A DNA stretch of 63,382 nt, counting the filler, from Octopus bimaculoides (lineage: Eukaryota): the NCBI RefSeq assembly GCF_001194135.2. It is 7 parts of 7 records of this genome, joined end to end, with 100 filler letters (N's around TTAATTAATTAA, not from the genome) between each part and the next. Parts side by side here need not be neighbours in the genome. Positions count along the whole stretch, not along the records: positions 48,090 to 52,489 come from NC_068983.1; positions 52,590 to 62,077 come from NC_068982.1; positions 62,178 to 63,382 come from NW_026378784.1; 4 more parts are not named here. The stretch is one strand, 5' to 3'. Positions within the stretch are counted from its first letter, which is position 1, and each line of letters begins with the position of its first letter. The position numbers and the translations under genes are program-made. Shown here one piece after another: positions 51,007-63,382 of the stretch. Below the pieces are notes generated by a model. The model was not told the DNA's origin, searched no databases, and saw only the letters and a program-made list of their open reading frames with translations.

Positions 51007-51481
51007 CATCAACAAATGTATATATATATATGTGTGTATACATATACGTTTGTATATGTATTTGTGTGTATATGTATGTTTATATTTCGATGTAGGAATA
51101 TGTATATTCACATAAATTTGTATACCTATATTGCACATATATCTGTCTTCGCATCCATTTATCTCCCGCCGTTACGTTACATCAGAGGCAAAAAAATAAA
51201 CAAGAGAAAGGAGCTAAATACTAAAATAAATGTATAATTATCTATATCATAGTGAACTCCACTTCATTCATATGACTACATAGGCACACACATACACATA
51301 CACACATACACACTCATACACACACGCCCATCCACGCATGAATGTATGTATATATGAGCACATATATATGCGTATATATATGTATATGAGTATATGTGTG
51401 TGTGTGTGTATGTATAGATATCTGTGTGTGTATGTATGTATATATATGTATATGTGTGTGTGCTTATATATGTGTATATAA

Positions 51482-51523
<42 letters not shown>

Positions 51524-51699
51524 TTATATATATTATTTATATATATATGTGTGTGTGTGTGTCTGTGTGTACGAATACGTATGTATGTATGTAAGCAACT
51601 GTATATATATACACACACATACATTCATATATATATATATAATCTATTGTATACATATATATATGTGTATGTGGATATATATATGTATGTATATATATG

Positions 51700-51756
<57 letters not shown>

Positions 51757-52321
51757 TATAACAGGTCGTTTATTTGCAGAGATAGAGAGCGAAAGATGTA
51801 AGAGTGCAATAAAGAAAACAAAAACCAAGAAAGATAGAAACAAAAAAAGAAAGAAAGAAAGCAAGGAAGGAAATAAAATGTTTAACGAATATAAACATAT
51901 ATATTAAGTGAATGATAAACAAAATTAAAGAACACACAAAGAATACACCTAAATAATGGTCTTCCAATTATGTAAACAAAACAACGAAACAACAGCCATT
52001 GAAAACAATAAAATATAGCTGAATAAAGAAATGAAAATTATATTTTTTTTATATTTAAATACATTTTTAACAAAAATTTCTGGGGTTTTTTTTTCGCATC
52101 TTCATTGACGAGAAGACAAACAAAATAACAACAATAACATAATATCAAGGAAATTATGATGACGATGATGATGATGATCGTCATCATCATCATAATCCTT
52201 ATCATCATCATCATCATCATGACGACGATGATGATGATGACGAGGATGACGATGATGATGATGATAATGATAATAATAATAATAATAGCCGCAACAGTAG
52301 TAGTAGTAGTAGTAGTAGTAA

Positions 52322-52358
<37 letters not shown>

Positions 52359-52490
52359 TGCAGCAGCAGCAGCACCAGCAGCAGTAGTAGTAGTAGTAGC
52401 AGGACAATAGTATCAGAAATAATAATAAGAAGAAGAAGAAGAAAAAGAAGAAGAAAAAGAAGAAGAAGAAGAACAACAACAACAACAATN
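50180..52490. repeat. Extended (TA)n/(TG)n, (GAT)n, (AGT)n and (GAA)n low-complexity region with gaps
   Basis: Direct inspection. Confidence 0.9.
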
Positions 52491-52739
52491 NNNNNNNNNN
52501 NNNNNNNNNNNNNNNNNNNNNNNNNNNNNNNNNTTAATTAATTAANNNNNNNNNNNNNNNNNNNNNNNNNNNNNNNNNNNNNNNNNNNNATTAAAAGATG
52601 TACATTTACAGAGAATACCGAACTGTCTTATACAGGATCTTGTTTTTAGGAATTCTCAATAAGTTATGAATACCCAAATTGTGAAGTCAGTGATGTAATA
52701 GCATGAAATTAGTTACCGATAGTAAGAATTAAAATAAAA

Positions 52740-52879
52740 TTCGACCCCAGAACTTATTCTTTGTAAACCTAGTACTTATTCTATCGGTTCTCTTTTGCTG
52801 AACCGCTAAGTTACGCGGACGTAAGCACACCAGCATCGGTTGTCAAGCGATGGTGGGGAGACAAGCACAACACACAAAC

Positions 52880-52910
<31 letters not shown>

Positions 52911-53066
52911 CGACGGGTTTCTTTCAGTTTCCGTCTACCATGTTCACTGATAAGGCTCTGGTCGGCCCGAGGCTATGGTAGAAGACAATTGCCAAAGGTA
53001 TCACACAGTGGGACTGAATCCGGAGCCATGTGGTTGGAAAGCAAGCTTCTTACCACATAGCCTCGC
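52740..53066 (-). mobile_element. SINE family A with internal (TA)n; opposite-strand 3' half at 53135-53320
   Basis: Both halves flank (TA)n at 52883-52910. Confidence 0.85.
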
Positions 53067-54164
53067 CTATATATATATATTGGTATGTATGTATGTATGT
53101 ATGTATGTATGTATGTATGTGTGTGTGTGTGCCTTTGTGTCTGTGTTTGTCCCCCACCGCTTATGTTGACGTATTTACATCCCCGTAACTTAGCGGAGTG
53201 ACAAAAGATACTGATGTAACACGTACCAGGTTTAAGAATGAAGTACTGCAGTCGATGATTCGTTGGGCTGTGCCCCAGCATGGTCGCAGTCTAATGACTG
53301 AAACAAATAAAGGATAAAAGATACACACACATACACACACACATACACACATACACACACGCGTAAGGAACACGAGCATGGTAATGTGTATAATGTTCTT
53401 ATCATAAACAATGCTATCACCGGTGCTTCCTCCCCTCAGCATTGATGGAGCAAATGAGTCAGGACACTTTTGCAACCAAAGCCAGAGGCATGCACTTACT
53501 GGGCACAATATGGGTAAACCCAGATATTCAATCAATCAACAAATGGGGTGCAGGTGGCGTACCAAGTAGGAGCAGGAAGGCTTTCAGTTTCATGGTGAAT
53601 CCAGGTGTACAGAAGGGATGGGATTCCTAACATATTTCTTCTCTTGACGTGAGAAAATCGTATTTCCTGGTATCCAGCACTTTGTTACATAAAAATAGGC
53701 ATTTCATAGTTCACACACACACACACTGTGTGGGTGTATATATATATATATATATATATATATNNNNNNNNNNNNNNNNNNNNNNNNNNNNNNNNNNNNN
53801 NNNNNNNNNNNNNNNNNNNNNNNNNNNNNNNNNNNNNNNNNNNNNNNNNNNNNNNNNNNNNNNNNNNNNNNNNNNNNNNNNNNNNNNNNNNNNNNNNNNN
53901 NNNNNNNNNNNNNNNNNNNNNNNNNNNNNNNNNNNNNNNNNNNNNNNNNNNNNNNNNNNNNNNNNNNNNNNNNNNNNNNNNNNNNNNNNNNNNNNNNNNN
54001 NNNNNNNNNNNNNNNNNNNNNNNNNNNNNNNNNNNNNNNNNNNNNNNNNNNNNNNNNNNNNNNNNNNNNNNNNNNNNNNNNNNNNNNNNNNNNNNNNNNN
54101 NNNNNNNNNNNNNNNNNNNNNNNNNNNNNNNNNNNNNNNNNNNNNNNNNNNNNNNNNNNNNNNN

Positions 54165-54204
<40 letters not shown>

Positions 54205-54254
54205 GTATATATCTGTGCGTGTATATGTGTGTGTATATATATATATATATATAT

Positions 54255-54679
54255 TAGAGGCGACTCCAGGTCATCAGCGTCAGTCGAGCTCATCACAATT
54301 TTCGTCACTCGGGCTCATCACCGATTTCGCATAAGACACATACCTGATCGAAGAATTTCGTGCTTTTTATATCTAGCACTCTGTCTTTCTCCATTTCCAA
54401 GTTAACGGTAAAAATAAAATAACACTGCAAAGCACAACTGATCTTTACACACAGACACTCAGAATAACAGCAATCAAATAACGACAGCAGAGTGCATTAC
54501 GAACATCAGCGATCTGAGTGTCGCCTGTACTCTTGACAAGAAATGCCAGTTAGTCTTTCACACCTACCAGGCTCGTTCGTATTAGCTCGAGTTGCTGGAT
54601 AATTTGTCGTTCCTCTAAGAATGTTGTAGAACGGAAACTTTCACCTCCCCGCTGGAACTCATGCAAATAAAGAAACCAG
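54255..54679 (+). promoter_or_regulatory. Candidate alternative first exon or internal exon ending at a consensus donor
   Basis: CCAG|GTGAGT at 54680. ATG CAA ATA AAG AAA CCA G (MQIKKP-, phase 1) with upstream in-frame stop at 54616, or a 60-bp exon from the acceptor at 54619. CpG-containing unique DNA with repeated TCATCA and CGTCA. Confidence 0.4.
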
Positions 54680-56211
54680 GTGAGTTCTACTGTACGACTT
54701 TATATAAGGAAGCTGCAACTATTGATTACACCGACACAAAGTAGGGAGTTGTGACACCAACCATAGATGAAATGATGAAATGAGTTCCAGCGTAACAACA
54801 GGCTCTGGCGGTTTTGTTCCCAGTAATTCTCTAAGGGACATCTAAAAGGACTAGCAAAACTATCGCAGATACTTTTCCAGAAATACCTAAAAATCTAAAT
54901 ATGGTAAGCTGCCCAGAAAAGTTAAAAGAAAGTCTAATATGCTTTATCCATAGAGGAGAAAGTAGAGGTTAAAAGTTGCAGGCCTATCTCTCTGTTTTTA
55001 CACAAAGCGAAGCATGAAACAGATTGTGAGAGAGAAGCTGATTACGTTTTCATAAAAATGACTTGATCATTAACACCTAGCACGCTTCCGTCTTGGAGCG
55101 CTTCTTTGAACAGCTTATAATGGGGTACTGAAGCAGCAGCTCTTGATTTCGGTGATGGGGGAGGATGTGAATTCAAAATGCGCAGGGCCAGAATAGATGC
55201 CGCATAGTATCTCGTTCGACACTCCAACATTTCTGCCTATTCACTGCTCTTGATAGGTACTTTTTTTTGTAGACCCCCAAAAGATGAGAGTTAAGTTTAG
55301 CGGATTTGAATTCAGAGTGTAGTGTCGGAATAATTATCGCAAAACACTCTGTCCGACACACTAACGACTCTAATAATAATTTGCCGCTTAGAAAAAAACA
55401 ACAAACAATGAAAGAAAGAAAACTCACGTCTAACTTGATTAATAAAATGTATCCATCAACAGAAAATCGTTTCTAACCTTAGGAGGAAAAGAAACGGACA
55501 TTGTGACGTTTCTCCCCATTTATATAAAATTTATGAAGTGAAATGAAATTTCCACAACTGGGAATTGAAACCGTATTGCAAAATCATATTGCTATTTAGT
55601 TTCTCTTTTAAGGTGGGTCATTTATTTAATTATCTGGTTTTAGATTTCTTGATCTACAAAGAATTTAGCTTCACAGAAGTGACTTGCTAAAGAGCTAATT
55701 GCAAAGCTATACGGTTTGGTAGTTTTATCTATAGAAGCTTCAAGGAGACTGAAGTGTAGTCATGTATTCTCCTTCCCTGATCCCTTTCGTGGTGATTTTT
55801 CATAGAAACCACCCAAATGAGGATCAGCAGAACTAAAAGTAATGGTAGGAATTAAAACAATTTATGATAAAACGATGAGAAGGTTGGCAAAAAGACAAAA
55901 GCGAAGGAAAATAAAATTGCATTGATAATAGCGGAAAGCGGTAAGGAAAGAAACGAAGAAAGCTAAAGAGTCGCTATAATTTACAATTTTCAATAAAGCT
56001 GCATCAAGATGTATTCACACATGATAAGCTAATACTTCGTCTAAGTCATACAGGCATAGAAAATAGTCGTCAGATAGTTTAATATGATTCTAACGATGTA
56101 TTTAGACCGTCTCTGTTTCAGGAATAAAATTGGCGCCATAATATGTGGTTGGATTGATTGATATGTAGTTTTAGCTGCGCTGTCTTTAAAGTTACAGAAT
56201 TGGAAGTGAAT

Positions 56212-56263
<52 letters not shown>

Positions 56264-56861
56264 AAACAGCTTCAGTTTATGTTAAATCACTTCAGAGGCG
56301 ACTATAAAAGTGAAGCTATCGTCGATGAGTAGTTTTTCAAATGAAGTGGAAAATGTTTATCTGCTTAAAGAATATTTAGATACGAGTTTCTTGCTTGAGA
56401 GTTCTTTTAACAGTTAACCAACACTTTCATGTAAGATGGATAGTTTATACATAACGTTTTCAGAAAAGACATCAAAGAACATTGCTTTAAGGCACATTAT
56501 TATATAATATTTTGCAAAAAAAGCATTGAGTGAAAAACGTCAAAACTATTATTTCCAGGCATGCGACTACGTTAATCTATTGGTCGAGCTGAAAGAGCAG
56601 GTTTGGTTTATTAGCGAAGTTGTCCATCGTTTTGATAGTGTTGCATAATAAGCTCAAGTAGTTAAAAAGAATATTACTTTATTAAATGTGTTATTTACAT
56701 AAGTATGTACATTGAAGTACGTGGGGTTGGAGGAAGCTGGGTGGTATGGCATTCATGCCTTTCTCAAAGAAATGCATGAAATCATTCTAGTACAGATTAA
56801 AAAAAAAAACAAGATATTACTCTTGCTAATAATTGTTAGTCGCAATAAATATTCTTTTCTA

Positions 56862-57066
56862 CACTAGGTACAAGGCCCGAAATTTTGGGGGAGGGGCCAG
56901 TCAATTAGATCGACCTCAGTACGCAACTGGTACTCAATTTACCAACCCCAAAAGGATAAAAGGCAAAGTCGGCCTCGGAGAAATTTGAACTCAGAACGTA
57001 AAGACAGACGAAATACGACTGAACATTTCACCGGCGTTCTAACGTTTCTGCCAACTCGCCGCCTTA
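56862..57066 (-). mobile_element. SINE family B
   Basis: Full body, same structure as 18948-19147. Confidence 0.85.
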
Positions 57067-57156
57067 ATCGTACTAAATATTATTACACCAGAAAGTCTGT
57101 GAGCAAAACTCCTTCATCTATCACTCTCTTTCTTTCTTTCTTTCTTTCTTTCTCTC

Positions 57157-57246
<90 letters not shown>

Positions 57247-57366
57247 ATCTATCTGTCTGTCTATTTATGTGCGTGTATTTGTGTGTACATATGTCGACTT
57301 ATATATATATACACACATATATGTGTGCGTGTGTGTGTGTGTGTGTACGTGTGTGTGTGTATGTGC

Positions 57367-57408
<42 letters not shown>

Positions 57409-58151
57409 CTTATTTATTTTTATTTTTCTCAAATTTTCGTTGCGCCTTGCAACCCTTTCAATAGTTTTAACTCTGTCCGTTACTCACACTGCGTTCCTTT
57501 TGTTTGTTTGTGCGCATGTGTGTGGATCAGTGTGTGTGTGTGTGTGTNNNNNNNNNNNNNNNNNNNNNNNNNNNNNNNNNNNNNNNNNNNNNNNNNNNNN
57601 NNNNNNNNNNNNNNNNNNNNNNNNNNNNNNNNNNNNNNNNNNNNNNNTCCCACTAGATAATTACGAATATTATGAACTGTATTCTTCATTTAGCGGTCGC
57701 GGTTCGTGTAGGGTAGCAATGGTGATTTAGAAAGATCTAATCATTATAGTAGCTTCTATGTTAGTTTCCGGGGTTTAATTAGTCATAGTGGACATTTGGG
57801 TTAGCAATAGGGGGGCATTGAGGCTTGTAGCCTTTTGCGCTCCCTACCACAAGCCTTTAAAGATATTAGCTGAAGTACTCATAAAAAGGTGGCATTTATT
57901 TTCGGTGGGAGTGTGGCTCTGATACAAACATGTTAATTTCCAGGCAGAGTGAACAAGAACAACCTCACAGTCCTCTATGAAGAGAATAGATACTACATGT
58001 GGTTTCGGTGGTTCTTTGATTAATTCCGATCAATTCAACTCTTTCTACAGGTCAAACTATCTGTACCTGACCCGACAATATACTGCAATATACAAGATGT
58101 CGAAATATCGTTCACTAGATAACAATGACACTCTTCTTTTAATTTTGACTC

Positions 58152-58209
<58 letters not shown>

Positions 58210-58286
58210 GTTCAGTAGTTTTATTTTTATAACGTGCTTTCACTTCACTACCGAGCACAGCTCTGTGCGCCTTGGGTATGTGCTGT
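58210..58286 (-). mobile_element. Dong-like R4 3' end in (TAA)n; remainder in gap
   Basis: 76/77 identical to 13891-13967 (inverted); abuts (ATT)n at 58153-58209. Confidence 0.9.
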
Positions 58287-59001
58287 NNNNNNNNNNNNNN
58301 NNNNNNNNNNNNNNNNNNNNNNNNNNNNNNNNNNNNNNNNNNNNNNNNNNNNNNNNNNNNNNNNNNNNNNNNNNNNNNNNNNNNNNNNNNNNNNNNNNNN
58401 NNNNNNNNNNNNNNNNNNNNNNNNNNNNNNNNNNNNNNNNNNNNNNNNNNNNNNNNNNNNNNNNNNNNNNNNNNNNNNNNNNNNNNNNNNNNNNNNNNNN
58501 NNNNNNNNNNNNNNNNNNNNNNNNNNNNNNNNNNNNNNNNNNNNNNNNNNNNNNNNNNNNNNNNNNNNNNNNNNNNNNNNNNNNNNNNNNNNNNNNNNNN
58601 NNNNNNNNNNNNNNNNNNNNNNNNNNNNNNNNNNNNNNNNNNNNNNNNNNNNNNNNNNNNNNNNNNNNNNNNNNNNNNNNNNNNNNNNNNNNNNNNNNNN
58701 NNNNNNNNNNNNNNNNNNNNNNNNNNNNNNNNNNNNNNNNNNNNNNNNNNNNNNNNNNNNNNNNNNNNNNNNNNNNNNNNNNNNNNNNNNNNNNNNNNNN
58801 NNNNNNNNNNNNNNNNNNNNNNNNNNNNNNNNNNNNNNNNNNNNNNNNNNNNNNNNNNNNNNNNNNNNNNNNNNNNNNNNNNNNNNNNNNNNNNNNNNNN
58901 NNNNNNNNNNNNNNNNNNNNNNNNNNNNNNNNNNNNNNNNNNNNNNNNNNNNNNNNNNNNNNNNNNNNNNNNNNNNNNNNNNNNNNNNNNNNNNNNNNNN
59001 N

Positions 59002-59049
<48 letters not shown>

Positions 59050-59052
<3 letters not shown>

Positions 59053-59245
59053 GTGTGTTGGTCCATACCACGGCTTGGCAAACGGTGTTGGTGTGTTTAC
59101 GTCTCTATACCTTAATGGTTCAGCAAAAGAGACCAATAGAATAAATACCATGCTTAAAGAAAAGATAAGCATTGGGATCAATTCGTCTGACTAAAAATTC
59201 TTGAAGGCGGTACCCCAGCATGACCGCAGTCTAACGACTAAAACG
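59050..59245 (+). mobile_element. SINE family A, 3' half
   Basis: GGTGTGTTTACGTC...GCAAAAGAGACCAATAGAATAA...GGCGGTACCCCAGCATGACCGCAGTC. Confidence 0.8.
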
Positions 59246-60112
59246 AATAAAAGACAAAGATAAATATTGTCCATCAGTGTTAGCGGGATACTGGAATAGC
59301 ATCTTAGGTTCCATATTATGAGAGGAGTATGCAGAAGGAAACGGTATAAAAGTATCTTAAACCTGCTTCAGTAGTCACTAGTGCCTGACATATCGAATGG
59401 ATTTTCTGAACGCATGACTGTGAACCAGGACATATTGCAGGGGGCGCTGCAGCTCCTATAAAGGGAATTCATTATTGTAATTGTTTATCGTTTCAGTCAT
59501 TCGACTGCGGCCATGAAGGGGCACCGCGTAGAAGGGCTTTAATCGACTTCAGTACTTATGTTTTTCTCCTTCGTTGTTTTTTTTTTTTAAAGGGTGGTAT
59601 TTATTACGCCTTTAATTTGTGGGGCGATTTTGCATTTTTATGTTTTATTTCTTTCGTATTGTTGTTGCTGTTGTTCTCTTTGTCGACACCTAAAGTTTTG
59701 ACGTTGCTTAGAGATGAAACATTTTTCGCCCTAGTGACGTCATTAAGTTTAGGCCATCCCATGTTGATATTCTCATTTATTTCCTTGTTCTCCAAATTTC
59801 TCAAGGAGCGAGTTCCTTTATCAAACATTATGATGGCTTTTTTTTTTATTAGCCATCTTTAAAAACTACAGAAAATTGCGAAATATTTGTTTATGCCGAA
59901 AGCAGTTAAAATTTAAAAATTATTTATGCACCCCCTCTGCAAAACAGGGGGTGTTTCTACACAAAAATACCATGTGCACAATCCAGACAATCTTCGAAAT
60001 GTAACCATAACAGCAGAAATGAAAAGACCGGGCCTTAGAAGGCCGAAAAGATTACAAATACTTTTTCAACTTACGAAGCACCAGATCTCTGTGACTTCAC
60101 AGAATGGCGGCC

Positions 60113-60167
<55 letters not shown>

Positions 60168-60222
60168 TAATAATAATAATAATAACAATAATAATAATAA
60201 TAATAACAACAACAACAACAAC

Positions 60223-60254
<32 letters not shown>

Positions 60255-60270
60255 CAACAACAACAACAAC

Positions 60271-60308
<38 letters not shown>

Positions 60309-60330
60309 TAATAATAATAATAATAATAAT
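60113..60330. repeat. (AAT)n/(AAC)n microsatellite continuous with the tail of the adjacent SINE B
   Basis: Runs directly into CCTTTCTATTATAGGCACAAGG, the inverted SINE B 3' end. Confidence 0.9.
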
Positions 60331-60507
60331 CCTTTCTATTATAGGCACAAGGCCTGAAATTTGTGAAAAGGGAGTAAGTCGATTACATCGACCGCAGTGC
60401 GTAACTGGTACTTAATTTATCAACCATGAAAGGATGAAAGGCAAAATCGACCTCGGCGGAATTTGAACTCACAACGTAGTGACAGACGAAATACCGCTAA
60501 GCATCTC
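60331..60507 (-). mobile_element. SINE family B
   Basis: Body up to the gap. Confidence 0.85.
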
Positions 60508-60841
60508 NNNNNNNNNNNNNNNNNNNNNNNNNNNNNNNNNNNNNNNNNNNNNNNNNNNNNNNNNNNNNNNNNNNNNNNNNNNNNNNNNNNNNNNNNNNNN
60601 NNNNNNNNNNNNNNNNNNNNNNNNNNNNNNNNNNNNNNNNNNNNNNNNNNNNNNNNNNNNNNNNNNNNNNNNNNNNNNNNNNNNNNNNNNNNNNNNNNNN
60701 NNNNNNNNNNNNNNNNNNNNNNNNNNNNNNNNNNNNNNNNNNNNNNNNNNNNNNNNNNNNNNNNNNNNNNNNNNNNNNNNNNNNNNNNNNNNNNNNNNNN
60801 NNNNNNNNNNNNNNNNNNNNNNNNNNNNNNNNNNNNNNNNN

Positions 60842-60963
<122 letters not shown>

Positions 60964-61569
60964 ACAAACCCTGTAAATGATATGATTTAAGACTTTTAAA
61001 GTGAACAATGAGGAAACGATATTCATAAGTTACTAAATATTTAATAATACAATGGAAAGTTTCAAACAATGGTAAGTAAATGAAAGACAATTACAAAAGA
61101 TTGAGACATTGCAGAAATTTTTAATAGCATTAAGCTTTCTAATATTTGCATTTGATGTTCATATTGTAAAGAAGTCTGGCCTCATTTCATTGTTACAAAA
61201 CCATCTTTCAGACTGTTTTAGGTTTGTTTTTCTGTCGGTAACAATAACTGATGACTGTTCCTTCCGTGTTTTACCTGCGCGTGTTTTACCTGCAGACGGA
61301 CATGCGCACACACACATGACGAAGAAGAAGAAGAAGAAGAAGAAGAAGAAGAAGAAGAAGAAGAAGAAGAAGAAGAAGAAGAAGAAGAAAAAGAAAAAGA
61401 AGAAAAAAGAAGAACAGCAACAACAACAACAACACACACACACACACAATAGCAATATACACACATACACAGAGACAACACACATACACATAAACGGATA
61501 CCACACATATATTTACACAAACTTACACATAATTACACACGCACAAAGTTACGTACATATACACTCACA

Positions 61570-62077
61570 TGCATGTGTATACACACACACACACACACAC
61601 ATACACTCACGCACACACTTAAACGCATACATACATACATACATACATACATACATGCATACATACATACGCACACACACACACACTTAAACGCATACAT
61701 ACATACATACATACATACATGCATGCATGCATACATACATTCATACATACATACATACATACACACATACATGCATGCATGCATGCATGCATGCATGCAT
61801 ACATACATACATACACACACACATACATACATACATACATACATACATGCATACATACATACATACGCACACACACACACACACTTAAATGCATACATAC
61901 ATACATACATACATGCATACATACGCACGCACACACACACACACACACTTAAACGCATACATACATACATACATACATACATGCATGCATACATACATAC
62001 GCACACACACACACACACACTTAAACGCATACATACATACATACATACATACATACATACATGCATGCATACATACG
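61570..62077. repeat. Higher-order compound microsatellite: (CA)n-CTTAAACGCA-(TACA)n units
   Basis: Anchor TTAAA(C/T)GC at about 61619, 61688, 61885, 61949 and 62021. Confidence 0.85.
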
Positions 62078-62299
62078 NNNNNNNNNNNNNNNNNNNNNNN
62101 NNNNNNNNNNNNNNNNNNNNNTTAATTAATTAANNNNNNNNNNNNNNNNNNNNNNNNNNNNNNNNNNNNNNNNNNNNTATATATATATATATATATATAT
62201 ATAGCGAATTAGAAAGGGTGGTTTATTAGCAGTTAGAATATAAAGGCGAAATACACATAGATTTGTGTGTGTTTGTATCACGTTGCCTTATCGTTACAT

Positions 62300-62500
62300 G
62301 ACAGTTGTAAATGAGTATCAGTGGCATACAGAATATTATCAACAGTCTGTGTAAACATGTCTGGTCATGGGGGAATTATTACCTTATATGGAAGTGGTTC
62401 AGGGTTGGCAACAGGGAAGGCATATGACCAGCGAAAACCTGCTTCAATAAACTCTGTAGTGGCTCATGTCAGCATGGAAAAGTGGATGCGGAAACAATAA
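62300..62500 (+). mobile_element. Degenerate SINE/LINE 3' end with RTE-type tail
   Basis: GTTGGCAACAGGGAAGGCAT...CAGCATGGAAAAGTGGA resembles 23440-23570. Confidence 0.6.
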
Positions 62501-62566
62501 TTCCACAGAAGCTTGTACACACATGCATCTTAACGCATTTGTGTCTGTTTCATCTTGTCCGTCCTG

Positions 62567-63240
62567 GTAGCCAAAGTCCCAATCTACTTAATAGCAACAG
62601 GTGAGGGTAGCAAAAGTACCAATCTACTTAATAGCAACATGAGAGGGTAGCCAAAGTCCCAATCTACTTAATAGCAACAGGAAAGGGTAGCGAAAGTCCC
62701 AATCTACTTAATAGCAACAGGAGAGGGTAGCCAAAGTCCCAATCTACTTAATAGCAACAGGAAAGGGTAGCTAAAGTCCCAATCTACTTAATAGCAACAT
62801 GAGAGGGTAGCGAAAGTCCCAATCTACTTAATAGCAANNNNNNNNNNAACATGAGAGGGTAGCGAAAGTCCCAATCTACTTAATAGCAACAGGAGAGGGT
62901 AGCTAAAGTCCCAATCTACTTAATAGCAACATGAGAGGGTAGCCAAAGTCCCAATCTACTTAATCGGAACAGGAAAGGGTAGCCAAAGTCCCAATCTACT
63001 TAATAGCAACAGGAAAGGGTAGCTAAAGTCCCAATCTACTTAATAGCAACATGAGAGGGTAGCCAAAGTCCCAATCTANNNNNNNNNNGTCCCAATCTAC
63101 TTAATAGCAACAGGAAAGGGTAGCTAAAGTCCCAATCTACTTAATAGCAACATGAGAGGGTAGCCAAAGTCCCAATCTACTTAATAGCAACGGGAGAGGG
63201 TAGCCAAAGTCCCAATCTACTTAATCGGAACAGGAGAGGG
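62567..63240. repeat. 40-bp minisatellite, about 17 units including two small gaps
   Basis: Unit GTAGC(C/T/G)AAAGTCCCAATCTACTTAATAGCAACA(G/T)GA(G/A)AGG. Confidence 0.95.
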
Positions 63241-63382
63241 TCCGAACCCCTCCAGGTAGCATGGAAAGTGTTGAAGAAGGTTTACAGGACACACCGGAGG
63301 GCAGACCACCTCGTTAGATTAGATTGCCATCTTTATTATTATTATTATTATTATTACTATTACTATTATCATTATCATCATT

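Noticed and set aside
53380-53690. Unique GC-richer segment with faint integrase-like words
   Set aside because: No catalytic motif confirmed in any frame; left unassigned.
54265-54330. Hammerhead-like TGATGAG...GAAA on the minus strand
   Set aside because: C3 is replaced by G, stem II does not pair, and there is no NUH or stem I geometry.
61040-61077. ATG|GTAAGT donor-like site
   Set aside because: No acceptor or promoter context; expected by chance in AT-rich DNA.
62567-63240. CRISPR-like appearance of the 40-bp array
   Set aside because: Units are contiguous with no unique spacers, there are no cas genes, and the context is eukaryotic.

Overview
AT-rich, microsatellite-dense animal DNA with many N gaps. 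The SINE/LINE repertoire and TTAATTAATTAA gap spacers suggest a cephalopod (octopus-like) draft assembly; this is inference. Nearly all long ORFs in the track are artefacts of gaps or simple repeats. The window reads as intronic sequence of a large plus-strand gene. One well-supported exon (28729-28845) encodes a transmembrane segment resembling synaptotagmin-14, and several weaker candidate exons lie at 1.5, 30.7, 41.8, 44.3, 45.8 and 54.6 kb. The rest is transposon-derived: three tRNA-SINE families, RTE LINEs (one with a PHD-like finger, one internally deleted), R4/Dong-type restriction-like-endonuclease LINEs sitting in (TAA)n or (TACA)n microsatellites, two mariners, mariner and hAT MITEs, a Helitron helicase relic, Penelope-like elements (PLEs) and a 40-bp minisatellite. 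The most notable signal is between 6.1 and 11 kb: three different hammerhead-ribozyme motifs, two beside PLE GIY-YIG remnants. One of these PLEs has a tRNA-like cloverleaf between its stop codon and the ribozyme, plus an inverted partial terminal repeat. All family assignments are by motif recognition from memory; no database searches were run.
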